NCBI RefSeq assembly: GCF_006345805.1
Contig: NC_043003.1
Span: forward strand, 8,308,001-8,372,000
DNA: 64,000 bases
Direction: 5' to 3'
Origin: Octopus sinensis
Taxonomy: Eukaryota
The notes under the pieces are model-generated. The model did not search any database and was not told the origin of the DNA. It saw only the letters and a list, made by a program, of their open reading frames with translations. Of this stretch, positions 40,349 through 53,060 are shown one piece after another. Within the stretch, counting starts at the first letter, position 1; every line of letters begins with the position of its first letter. A program made the position numbers and the translations under genes.

Positions 40349-40808
40349 CGATCAGCTAACTGATCAACATCAACGAAGCACATGGGTGAGTTTATATATA
40401 TTACATCCGGGTAAATGTAAACTTTTACGAATTGCATTTCGGGAGGGGAAAAGTTTTTTTTCGGAATAAAAATTTAGCAATTAAGGACAACTACTTAATA
40501 AGGAAAACTTAACAAGAAATTGTCAGGTAGATAGCGTAAAAACCTCATAAGAGAAAACATTTCTCTTATGAGGTTTTTACGCTATCTACCTGACAATTTC
40601 TTGTTAAGTTTTCCTTATTAAGTAGTTGTCCTTAATTGCTAAATTTTTATTCCGAAAAAACATTTCCCCTCCCGAAATGCAATTCGTAAAAGTTTACCAT
40701 TTACCCGGATGTAATATAATATCAACTCACCCATGTGCTTCGTTGATGTTGATCAGTTAGCTGATCGGCTTAAGCGAGGCAGGGTCGTTGTTTATTTATA
40801 ATATATTC

Positions 40809-40856
40809 AGGCCTGCTGATGATTACGTAAGTATGAAATCACTGTGATACAGGCCT
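40809..40856 (+). ncRNA. Type I hammerhead ribozyme (family D)
   Basis: AGGCCTG-CTGATGA-TTACGTAAGTAT-GAAA-TCA-CTG-TG-ATA^CAGGCCT. 7-bp stem I, TAC/GTA stem II, 4-bp stem III, AUA site. Confidence 0.85.
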
Positions 40857-41128
40857 ATATTTTTAAATGTCTTACTTGAAAAATTGCATTCGGTGCGATT
40901 AGTAATATTTTTGGTAGAAATGACTGATTGTCCCTCTTAGAGTTTGGCATGTATATACAATGCTTCCTGGCATGTATGTATAATGCCCTCTATATATAAA
41001 TTAATATGTTCAATAAGAAATAATTTTTTTTCGAAATTTTTTCTCTTATGAGGTTTTTACGGTATCTACCTGACAATTTCTTGTTAAGTTTTCCTTATTA
41101 AGCTTTGTCCTTAATTGCTATATATATA

Positions 41129-41225
<97 letters not shown>

Positions 41226-41390
41226 ATTATATACATACATACATATATATATATAATATATATATATCACAATCAAGGAACGGCCATAATAGGCCATTCA
41301 CCCACTAGAAATAACAGCCAAAAAGCTTCAACCGCAAAATAACATTAATTCCGTAAACCAGGAGAAAATTAAAAAACATTTACCCTGAAA

Positions 41391-41499
41391 TTCCTTATAC
41401 GATGCAACCGTTTCTTCTACTGTTTAATGGTAAACTAACCTGATTAAATTAAATCAAGCCAATCTACCATAGGCCCTTAGATTCATCATCAGTAAGGAA
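41391..41499 (-). ncRNA. Hammerhead ribozyme with large stem II insertion (family E, unit 1)
   Basis: TTCCTTA/TAAGGAA stem I flanks CTGATGA and GAAACG...CGTA; this copy has an extra TGA. Confidence 0.6.
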
Positions 41500-41887
41500 T
41501 AGCCAAATCGGAACAGATATTTTTCACGAGGCATTCTCGTCCATGCCTCGCCAATATCTGACCTAAAATTTTCAAATCGACGCACTCGCGCCAAATTTAT
41601 CGGCAGCAAATAAATATAAGCCGCCGATTCCATTACGGAACCAACCAGAAAATTCATAATTAATCAATATAGGGAGGCAAAAAAAAATTTTGTAGAATTC
41701 TTTTGCCCCCAGCGGCCTAGTGGGAAAAAATTAAATAGTCATAAACCATTTTTAAGTTCAATATCACAATCAAGGAACGGCCATAATAGGCCATTCACCC
41801 ACTAGAAATAACAGCCAAAAAGCTTCAACCGCAAAATAACATTAATTCCGTAAACCAGGAGAAAATTAAAAAACATTTACCCTGAAA

Positions 41888-41994
41888 TTCCTTATACGAT
41901 GCAACCGTTTCTCTTCTACTGTTTATGGTAAACTAACCTGATTAAATTAAATCAAGCCAATCTACCATAGGCCCTTAGATTCATCAGTAAGGAA
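41888..41994 (-). ncRNA. Hammerhead ribozyme with large stem II insertion (family E, unit 2)
   Basis: Same architecture as 42632-42735. Confidence 0.65.
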
Positions 41995-42631
41995 TAGCCA
42001 AATCGGAACAGATATTTTTCACGAGGCATTCTCGTCCATGCCTCGCCAATATCTGACCTAAAATTTTCAAATCGTCGCACTCGCGCCAAATTTATCGGCA
42101 GCAAATAAATATAAGCCGCCGATTCCATTACGGAACCAACCAGAAAATTCATAATTAATCAATATAGGGAGGCAAAAAAATTTTGTAGAATTCTTTTGCC
42201 CCCAGCGGCCTAGTGGGAAAAATTAAATAGTCATAAACCATTTTTAAGTTCAATATCACAATCAAGGAACGGCCATAATAGGCCATTCACCCACTAGAAA
42301 TAACAGCCAAAAAGCTTCAACCGCAAAATAACATTAATTCCGTAAACCAGGAGAAAATTAAAAAACATTTACCCTGAAATTCCTTATACGATGCACCGTT
42401 TCTTCTACTGTTTAATGGTAAACTAACCTGATTAAATTAAATCAAGCCAATCTACCATCCCTATATTGATTAATTATGAATTTTCTGGTTGGTTCCGTAA
42501 TGGAATCGGCGGCTTATATTTATTTGCTGCCGATAAATTTGGCGCGAGTGCGACGATTTGAAAATTTTAGGTCAGATATTGGCGAGGCATGGACGAGAAT
42601 GCCTCGTGAAAAATCTGTTCCGATTTGGCTA

Positions 42632-42735
42632 TTCCTTACTGATGAATCTAAGGGCTATGGTAGATTGGCTTGATTTAATTTAATCAGGTTAGTTTACCAT
42701 TAAACAGTAGAAGAAACGGTGCATCGTATAAGGAA
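42632..42735 (+). ncRNA. Hammerhead ribozyme with 67-nt stem II insertion (family E, inverted unit)
   Basis: TTCCTTA-CTGATGA-[67 nt]-GAAACG-GTGCAT-CGTA^TAAGGAA. Confidence 0.65.
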
Positions 42736-42962
42736 TTTCAGGGTAATGTTTTTAATTTTCTCCTGGTTTACGGAATTAATGTTATTTTGCGGTTGAAGCT
42801 TTTTGGCTGTTATTTCTAGTGGGTGAATGGCCTATTATGGCCGTTCCTTGATTGTGATATTGAACTTAAAAATGGTTTTATGACTATTTAATTTTTCCCA
42901 CTAGGCCGCTGGGGGCAAAAGAATTCTACAAAATTTTTTTTTGCCTCCCTATATTGATTAAT

Positions 42963-43005
<43 letters not shown>

Positions 43006-43128
43006 CATACATATATATATTATATATCTATATATACATACATACATATATATTATATATATATATTATATATATATACATACATACATATATATAATAT
43101 ATATATACATACATATATATATATATAT

Positions 43129-43223
<95 letters not shown>

Positions 43224-43512
43224 ATATACATACATCTACATATATATATATATACATACATACATACATATATATATATATACATACATACATACATACA
43301 TCATATATATATATATATATAACATACATATTATATATATATATATACATACATATATATATATATATATATACATACATATATATATATATATACATAC
43401 ATATATATATATATATATAACATACATATATATATATATATTACATACATACATATATATATATATATACATACATACATACATACATATATATATACAT
43501 ATATATATATAC

Positions 43513-43561
<49 letters not shown>

Positions 43562-43562
43562 C

Positions 43563-43594
<32 letters not shown>

Positions 43595-43638
43595 CATACA
43601 TACATTATATATATTAATATATATACATACATACATAC

Positions 43639-43702
<64 letters not shown>

Positions 43703-43744
43703 CATACATACATACATTATATATTATATATATTATATTTATAT

Positions 43745-43821
<77 letters not shown>

Positions 43822-43827
43822 CATACA

Positions 43828-43860
<33 letters not shown>

Positions 43861-43935
43861 CATACATACATACATTATATATCTATATATATATATAATA
43901 TACATACATACATATATATATATAATATATAATAC

Positions 43936-43980
<45 letters not shown>

Positions 43981-43997
43981 CATACATCATATATATA

Positions 43998-44280
43998 ATG
44001 GAGTCGCAATGGCCCAGTGGTTAAGGAAGCAGACTCGCAGTCGTAGGATAGTGGTTTTCAATTTCCATACCAGGCGTTGTGAGTGTTTATTGAGCAAAAA
44101 CACTTAAAGCTCGACGAAGCTCTGGCAAGGGCTGGTGGGAAACCCTGCTGTACTCTTTCACCACGACTTTCACTCAGTCTTACTGTTTCTGTTGTACCTG
44201 TATTTCAAATGGCCAGCCTTGTCACACTCTGTTACACGCTGAATCTCCTCTGAGAACTATGTTAAGGGTACACGTGTCTG
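43998..44280 (+). mobile_element. S3 tRNA-derived SINE
   Basis: GGAGTCGCAATGGCCCAGTGGTTAAGGAAGCAGACTCGCAGTCG head; an inverted head copy lies at 37750-37820. Confidence 0.8.
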
Positions 44281-44296
44281 TATATGCATATATGTA

Positions 44297-47200
44297 TTTC
44301 TTTACTACCCACAAGGGGCTAAACACAGAGAGGACAAACAAGGACAGACAAAGGGATTAAGTCGATTACATCGACCCCAGTGCGCAACTGGTACTTAATT
44401 TATCGACCCCGAAAGAATGAAAGGCAAAGTTGACCTCGGCGGAATTTGAACTCAGAACGTAACGGCAGACGAAATACGGCCACGCATTTCGCCCGGCGTG
44501 CTAACGTTTCTGCCGCATATACGCGTGTATGCGGGCGCATGGTCTGGTGGTTAGCGTGTTGTACTCACGATCAGTCGAATGTGGTTTCGATTCCTGGTCG
44601 GAGTGCTGCATTGTGTTCTTGAGCAAAATACTTCATTTCACGTTGCGATGCAATCACCTCGACACATGAAGTGTGATACATCGCGCACCTTTTCGGGCAA
44701 TGACGTCTTGACGGAAGGATTGAACTCACGTCCACTGCAACGATCACTATAAACGAATCATGAGTGCAGCTTATTCAGCTAAACATTGCAGAATTATCTT
44801 TCTCTGACTACGAGAAACAACCATCATATATTCGTGTATGCGTAAGAGCTGATGCCGTGGATACGTCTTGCATAATTATTCATAGATGTTATATAAGTTC
44901 CAGTGTCTGACTGTAACGTATTTAAAGTCTACGAAAGTTTTAATTAATAGCTTGTAATATCAAATTATTCATTTTTTAGTTGATTATAAGCCATTATCTC
45001 ATATTTTATTAAGTATACATTTTCTGAATACTCTCATAGTATTGATTTGCTTTTAACTTCTATCTTCAATAATATATTACACTAAAATGTGTTTGTACGC
45101 TTTCAGATTGGTACACGTTTACAGAGCAGAATCAGTGCGTGTATTCTCACTTGGCAGAAACGTTAGCACGCCGAGCGAAATGCTTAGCCGTATTTCGTCT
45201 GCCATTACGTTCTGAGTTCAAATTCCGCCGAGGTCGACTTTGCCTTTCATCCTTTCGGGATCGATTAAATAAGTACCAGTTACGCACTGGGGTCGATATA
45301 ATCGACTTAATCCGTTTGTCCTTGTTTGTGCTCTCAGTGTTTAGCCCCTTGTGAGTAGTAAAGAAATAGGTATTTTGTCTGTCTTTACGTTCTGAGTTCA
45401 AATTCTGCCGAAGTCGACTTTGCCTTTTTTCCTTTCGGGGGCAGTAAAGAAATAGGTATTTCGTCTGCCGTTACGTTCTGAGTTCACATTCTTCTGAGGT
45501 CGACTTTGCTTTTATCCTTTCAGGGTCGATTAAATAAGTACCAGTTACGCACTGGGGTCGATGTAATCGACTTAATCCGTTTGTCTCTCGTTGTTTCTCC
45601 TCTCTGTGTTTTGCCCCTTGTGGGTAGTAAAGAAATAGGTATGTTTCTTATGATATGTCACTGTTTTACATAATGATGTGAAATATGGGTGCAAGAGTGG
45701 CTGTGTGATATGTAGCTTGCTTACCAACCACATGGTTCAGGGTTCAGTCCCACTGCATGGCACCTTGGGCAAGTGTCTTCTACTATAGCCTCCGGCCGGC
45801 TAAAGCCTTGTGAATAAGAAACGCAGTGGAAACGCTTGATGTCTTGAATGATTAATGAACCTTTATGAAACCGGAAGTTTCAGTCAATATCCCGCAGCAA
45901 TGATTTTTCTTCAGTGGCATACTTTACATTGTTATACACACGAAGTCTATACAAACTGAAATAAACGCATACAAAAAGGCATGCGTAGGTGATATATGTA
46001 CTAATATTTGTTTCAGTATTTTGGCACAAGGCCAGCAATTTCGAGAGAATGGGGTCTGTTACATCGATCCCACGAAAAGATGCAAAGCAATGTCGACCTT
46101 GGTGGGAATTGAACTCAGAACATGAAGATGGACAAAATCCGGCAAACAATTTGCCCAGCCTGCTAATGATTCCGCCAGCTCGACGTCTTAATATATGTTC
46201 TAATATTGGTTTAAAATTTTAGCACAAGGCCAGCAATTTCGGCAGAGGGGCTAAGTCGATTACATCAACCCCTAGTGCTCAACTGTTACTTATTTTATCG
46301 ACCGGAAAAGATGAAAATCAATGTAGACCTCCGCAGAACGTACAGACGGAGAAAATGCCGCTAGCGCGGCATGCTAACGCTTCTACCATTTTGCCGAATT
46401 CATATACGGCTTAATACCCCCATATATTTATGCAGATGTAAGGCAGCTGACTTCTTATATCACCTAATACATATAAAACTATCATTGACCTTACTATTTA
46501 TCAACCTCATCTATGAGGTCATTTAGCATTGTCTTAAACGGCAAGACATAACAGCCAAAACTCCTTCATAGGTTTACCATAAGGTTTAGATATGGTTAAA
46601 TATACGTGATATACTAAAACTGAATGGTATATTTGAGTAGGAGACAAGATATTCACGGTTAGAATATATATCGAACGATAAATTTTTGATATACGGAAAT
46701 AGTTCTCTTGGCACGTGCTGAAGCATTCAGAAAACGGCAGAATCTGCGACTCTGCACGAACTGGGTATAGAAATATTCTACAAAAACTTGATAATATTTA
46801 CAAAATCGCCAAGAAATAACACAACTTACTAATCCTCCAGAATGTACGTGACATTAAAGTGGAAAATGTGGCGTTCAACATCAATTTCAATGATATAAAG
46901 ACGTGCACATAGTAAAAAAAAATATTACAGATAACCATTGAGTTTGTAAATATCACACAGAATCTAATAAACAAATCATTCGTAAACTGTTTCGCAATTA
47001 TATTACACTGAAAGAACGGGCTTTCAATATAAAAACCAGCAACCCGATTCATATTAATATTATTCATTGTCTGTAAGGCGGCGAGCTGGCAGAACCGTTA
47101 GCTCGCCGGGCGAAATGCGTAGCCGTATTCGTCTGCCGCTACGTTCTGAGTTCAAATTCCGCCGAGGTTGACCTTGCTTTTCATCCTTTCGGGGTCGATT

Positions 47201-48822
47201 TGATATGTACCTATTATGCACTGGGGTCGATATAATCGACTTAATCTGTTTGTCTGTCCTTTTTCGTCCCCTCTGTGTTTAGCCCCTTGTGGGTAGTAAA
47301 GAAATAGGTATTTCGTCTGTTTTTAAAGGCGGTGAGCTGGCAGAAACGTTAGCACACCGGGCGAAATTCTTAGCGGTAATTCGTCAAATTCCGCCGAGGT
47401 CGACTTTGCCTTTCATCCTTTTGGGGTCGATTAAATAAGAACCAGTTACGCACTGGGGTCGATGTAATCGACTTAATCCGTTTGTCTGTCCTTGTTTGTC
47501 CCCTCTGTGTTTAGCCCCTTGTGGGTAGTAAAGAAATAATTATTCACTGTCTGTGTGATAAAACGTTTGCTTCCCAACCATTTGGTTCCGGGTTCAGTCC
47601 CACTGCGTGGCGCCTTGGGCAATTCTCTTTTATTATTATCCCATGAAGACCAAATCCTTGAGAGTGGATTTGGTAAACTGTAACTGGAAGAAGCCCATCA
47701 TATAAGAGAATCAAGGTTTTTCAATCTCCCATAACACAGCAGTCACCAAAAGAGACAAATAATTTTTGACGCTTCCTAAAATTGCCAAAAAGCTACATAA
47801 ACAAAAGACAATTATACATTTCTTTATTACCCACAAGGGGCTAAACATAGAGGGGACAAACAAGGACAGACAAAGGTATTAAGTCGATTACATCGACCCA
47901 AGTACGTAACTGGTACTTAATTTATTGACCCCAAAAGGATGAAAGACAAATTCGACCCCGGCAGAATTTGAACTCAGAACGTAACGGCAGACGAAATACG
48001 GCTACGCATTTCGCCCGGTGTGCTAACGTTACTGCCAGCTCGCCGCCTTATAAACAAAAAACAATTATATAAACCGCAAACATAGGAATCGTTTCAGAAT
48101 TACCTCATCATACACATATGCAATGTGGCATAACGACTCCCATACCACTGAAATTCTATTGAAACTTGGATCTACATCAACGGATTTAAAGTAGAACCTA
48201 CCAACTTTGCAGCTTCTTTTCTTAAAATGAAAGACAGGATAATTAAATACAAGCCTTCATTAGTTCAACTACGTTTCTCATCTTAAAAAAACAATCGTGT
48301 TATTCTGGCTGTTCTTCCCTACGTCGGCTCTAACAGAGATGAATTACAGTCAACGTCATTCCCACCGTGGCCATCTGGATTAATGTTATTGGGTTGAATT
48401 ATCCATTGTGCCCTACACATTTTTAAAGACTATATGGGAATATAGGAAAAAGGGAATATTTGATATTCCGTTGCACATCTAAAGGCACATCTAAACAAAA
48501 CAATGAATGATATAATATATGATGTTATCGTTTAACCGAAGCTCATATTCTCCACAACAGTCCAGCCAGTCACCATGTGTTTGTTTGCAAGATATAATGC
48601 ATATATATTTTCTTTATTGCCTACAGGGGTAAACACACAGGGGACAAACAAGGGGATTAAGTCGATTACATCGACCCCAGTGCATAACTGGTACTTATTT
48701 AATCGACCCCGAAAGGATGAAAGGCAAAGTCAACCTTGGCGGAATTTGAACTCAGAACGTAACGGCAGACGAAATACCGCTAAGCATTTCGCCCGGCGTG
48801 CTAACGATTCTGCCAGATTGCC
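44297..48822. mobile_element. Cluster of S1 SINEs
   Basis: Copies at about 44297-44515(-), 45140-45640(+, chain), 46010-46400(-), 47074-47540(+, two), 47820-48050(-) and 48605-48822(-). Confidence 0.85.
46690..46790 (+). pseudogene. Possible Penelope-like GIY-YIG C-terminal remnant
   Basis: EIVLLARAEAFRK..ICDSA-like reading with frameshifts, resembling the W-x-I-x-x-R-A-x-x-Y/F...C-x-L-C motif. Confidence 0.3.
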
Positions 48823-48827
48823 GCAGA

Positions 48828-49865
48828 ATGACTGTCCCCTGTTTGTATCCTGTCCATTCTAGCAGAGCTAGACGTCATCAACTTGTTGACTAATCAGAAT
48901 CGGGTCTGACCCTTAGCTGTATCGTATGTATCAGGGTCAGATTTGCACGAAAGAATTTTTTTTCCCTTTTATATATATATATATATATATTATATATAAT
49001 AAAAGGGAAAAAATTCTTTCGTGCAAATATATATATAAAAGGGAAAAAATTCTTTCGTGCAAATCTGACCCTGATACATACGATACAGCTAAGGGTCAGA
49101 CCGATTCTGATTGGTCAACAAGTTGATGACGTCTAGCTCTGCTAGAATGGACAGGATACAACAGGGGCAGTCATTAGTCAGAATATTGATGACGTCTTTT
49201 CTGCTTGAATAGTCACCTAACAAGTACAGACAGGGGGCAGATCTAATGTAGCTATAAGTCGTGATTGGGCAGAATCTGGATGACGTCCCGCTATGCTTGA
49301 CTAACGAAGCGACTGGTCAAGACAGGAAACAAACAAGAGGGAGTTATAATGCAGTGATTGGTCAAAATAATGATGACGTCCCGTTCCACTTGATTAAAGC
49401 CACCTAACGAAACGATGGTCAAAACATTGATGACGTCACGCTACGCTAGATTGACCACCTAACAGGCATTATAAAACCGAGCATTTCACAAAAACTCACT
49501 AGAACCACCCAGCGAACTTCCACCATGGGTCATCACAATTGCTTAAGGTAAAAATGAATTCCTCGCTCTTTCGGAAACATCAATCTTCTGTATTGACCGC
49601 TTTCCACCACTTTGATCTGTTTTTTGTATTGAATACGTATCGCCACCGTGGGCCACTGCATCGAACACTTTGAACATATACTTCAAACTATATATCAACT
49701 ATACATGAATATATACAACTATACATGGAACTCTAAGATGTCTGACTCCGTTGTGTATTATAAATGAATTTCTTGTGTTTGACGGCATGAGCTGTCTTTT
49801 TTATATATAACTTTTTTGATAAGGTTCATTTCAGGAACTGAAACATGTTATAATGTATATATAAA
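48828..49865 (+). mobile_element. Foldback element carrying a promoter array (possible Penelope pseudo-LTR)
   Basis: 48828-48975 is inverted to about 49035-49175 around a (TA)n spacer; it is followed by the CCAAT/CRE array, TATA and ATG, and ends near (TA)n. Confidence 0.55.
49109..49549 (+). promoter_or_regulatory. Five GATTGG-N9-TGATGACGTC modules, TATA box, Kozak ATG and splice donor
   Basis: CRE cores at about 49124, 49187, 49279, 49371 and 49428; TATAAAA at 49470; CCACCATGG with ATG at 49525; AAG|GTAAAA at 49547/8. Confidence 0.7.
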
Positions 49866-49913
49866 AATTAAAAATTGTATAATACAGCAGCATTTTCGAA
49901 CTTCATTTTTTAC

Positions 49914-49958
<45 letters not shown>

Positions 49959-49966
49959 GTATATAT

Positions 49967-50012
<46 letters not shown>

Positions 50013-50059
50013 GCATATATATATATATATATATAGATATATATATATATATATATCTT

Positions 50060-50108
<49 letters not shown>

Positions 50109-50170
50109 AATGTATGTATATATATATATATATGTATATATGTATATATATATATATGTATATATATATA

Positions 50171-50207
<37 letters not shown>

Positions 50208-50236
50208 TATATATACATATATATATGTATGTATGT

Positions 50237-50287
<51 letters not shown>

Positions 50288-50290
50288 CAT

Positions 50291-51000
50291 AGGTATGCAT
50301 TTAAGTCTGCTTTTTATTTATTTTTCATAGTCCGCCCGCCAAATTTGTTCTGGTTTTCGCTGAATTCTTCCTCTAGAGAATTTCCCTTGTAGTTTGATCG
50401 TTGATGATTTTTTCTAGCATTCTGGCCGGCTACCTAGCAGGCCAGCCCTGCAATATACACATATATTTGAATTTTCTCTGACTCCTCAGATTTTTTGAAT
50501 GCTGGACTACTGGTTTTAAATTAATATTAAAATTATATTAATGTATCTCCCTCAATTTTTAAATATTTAAATAAATACGTTCCCTAGTTGTAAGCATTAC
50601 CCGCAGTGAATTATTCACTGCAGCCCTTCGCTTCAGGAGTCTCTTAGCGCGCCAGAGCCAAGACATTTGAAATTTTATTCCCGATGTAATCAGTAAGACT
50701 AAGCACGTGTCTGTCTTGACACAGAGAGCGGGTTAGTCTTGCGGTTTGCATCTCGAGGACCGAATGTACTGAAGAAGTCACGGACACTTGAAAAGATGCA
50801 AGTAATTTTTTGTTAAGACCGAAACCGAGGTATGCATTTAAGTCTGTTTTTTATTTAATTTTCATATGTCCTGCCGCCAAATTTGGTTCTGGTGTTCGCT
50901 GAATTCTCCTCTAGAGAATTTCCCTTGTAGTTTGATCGTTGATGATCTTTTTCTAGCATTCTGGTCGGCTACCTAGCAGGCCAGCCCTGCCAATATACAC
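50291..51000 (+). mobile_element. Hammerhead element family F: 537-bp unit plus about 170-bp repeat
   Basis: AGGTATGCATTTAAGTCTG recurs at 50291 and 50828; flanked by TA/CATA tracts. Confidence 0.85.
50763..50838 (+). ncRNA. Type I hammerhead ribozyme (family F)
   Basis: AATGTA-CTGAAGA-AGTC[...ACTTG/CAAGT hairpin...]GACC-GAAAC-CGAG-GTA^TGCATT. Confidence 0.75.
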
Positions 51001-51105
51001 ATACATACATATATATATTATATTTATGTATGTATATGTAAATATATATATAGATATATAGATATACATACATATATATATGTATATATATGTATATATA
51101 TATAC

Positions 51106-51164
<59 letters not shown>

Positions 51165-51931
51165 ATTATATATATTATCCAGTTCGTCCGATGGTATGGT
51201 ATAAAATGAAGGATATTTAGCTGGTATATCTAACACACCGAACGATTATGCAGTTGTAGTTAATGGAATTTAAAGCTAAAATGAGACTGGCAGAAAAAAA
51301 ATACGCCTCGTGGTCGTGGGGGAAAAACCGTTAACGACATTACATAATTTAATGATAGTAACATATTTTCAATGTTTGTTAGTCTAGAACAGTTGTATGT
51401 TATCTGTTGTGTCGGAAGCTCTATCCACTTAATGTGAAAGCTGAATCTATAAACTAATTCAGGTTTACTCGTTTATGTATTTACGCATTTAAAAGTACAT
51501 TTTCCGCGAAACCTAGTAAATATTAATGATTTGTTGTTCAACGAAGAATATTGAAAGCGATATAATCATTAGTGTAGAAAACGGTTTGTTGATTAGCATT
51601 ATCCTTGTGACAATACACGTTGAGGAGAGTTTAAATTTCATTGATAGAATTAACTGGGCGTTGGTGGAATAAGAGTGGTATGGAGATGATACTGAGGCAA
51701 CAGTTAAAATTGTAAAGACGATGTACACATCATATATATATATATTATAATATATATATATATATATATATTATATATAATTAGAAAACACACACCTTTA
51801 ATAATGAAAAATTAAAAATTAAATTACACCATCTAGAAAATTACATATTATAGAAAAATTAAATATAAGATAAAAAATATAGGATGATTAAGTAATGTGC
51901 AAAATAATAAATAAAACGTATATATTATAAT

Positions 51932-51979
<48 letters not shown>

Positions 51980-52087
51980 GCAATCATTACATCAATTTAT
52001 GTAGTGCCATCATCAGCTGCACAAATAATTAAATGAATTTTAACAAGTAGGACACATTAATATAATTTTTCTTAAATATTTTAACAG

Positions 52088-52185
52088 AGCAAGAAAATGG
52101 AAGAAATTCATTTTGTTGCTATTGTAGCTAAGAATAGACTACACTTCCAAGAATCTCATGAAGCTTATGACGGCCATAGTGTTGT
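52088..52185 (+). other. Candidate exon
   Basis: TTAACAG acceptor, open frame SKKMEEIHFVAIVAKNRLHFQESHEAYDGHSV, GTAAGG donor. Product not recognised. Confidence 0.25.
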
Positions 52186-52941
52186 AAGGGATTGTAATTC
52201 ATTTCTAATTAATTTGTCACTTTATCAACTATTAAATCTAAGACTAGAAGACTGTCTATTTTGAATAAAGGAAAAGAGTAAGTTGACATCTTATGGCTAG
52301 GTATGGTCTTAAATATTATCATAAGTATCTCTCCTCCTCAAAGAGGAAATAAGACATTAGGAGTAGTCAATTGGACATAAGTAATTGTCTATAAATAAAA
52401 CTGAGTTGGGTTAGACTTTAAATCATGATGTTACTTACCAGTTAAAGGGGCAAGACGCTAAGACCTAAAGTGTTAATACAGAGGAAATTTTATTTTGATG
52501 TACTATGGGTGATTGTTTATACACAATATTGTTATGTTGTATAAAAATAGAATTTAAGAATTTCAAAAATGATATCATAACCAACATAGGTGAAAGGTGT
52601 ATATATATATCAATTATAAAAATTAAAAAGGAAACATTATATAGAATCAACTTAATATTCATTCATGGACTTAATTAATTATTACGTGCTTTCTAAAATG
52701 ACTGCTCAGGGCATTTACTTATGGAATAACTGCAAATGTATATATGCTATCTATTAATTTTAAGCCATGAATTAGAAAAAAGTAAAGATGCACACAGATA
52801 CACGCACATTTATATACGTGCATATATGTATTATACACATACACAAATATTTATACGTTTATATGGATATAGTATAACCATCTCGCATAGACTTAAGTAA
52901 CTATATATGTATACGTATATATATGTGTGTTATATCTATCA

Positions 52942-53017
<76 letters not shown>

Positions 53018-53060
53018 ATTATTATTATTATTATTATATACATACATATATATATATATA

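Larger units (their letters stand above)
38378..41120 (+). mobile_element. Hammerhead element family D: 480-bp unit plus partial unit, with a long 5-prime inverted arm split by a retroelement
   Basis: TTCTCTTATGAGG recurs at 40561 and 41041; 40349-40555 and 38378-38629 together are the reverse complement of 40561-41000. Confidence 0.85.
41264..42962 (-). mobile_element. Hammerhead element family E: about 495-bp unit x 2.4 plus a one-unit 5-prime inversion
   Basis: ATCACAATCAAGG recurs at 41266, 41763 and 42255; 42459-42962 is an inverted unit; both ends lie in (TA)n. Confidence 0.85.

Noticed and set aside
49525-52185. Splicing of the 49525 ATG exon to the 52088 candidate exon
   Set aside because: Phases are incompatible; the join gives an early stop.
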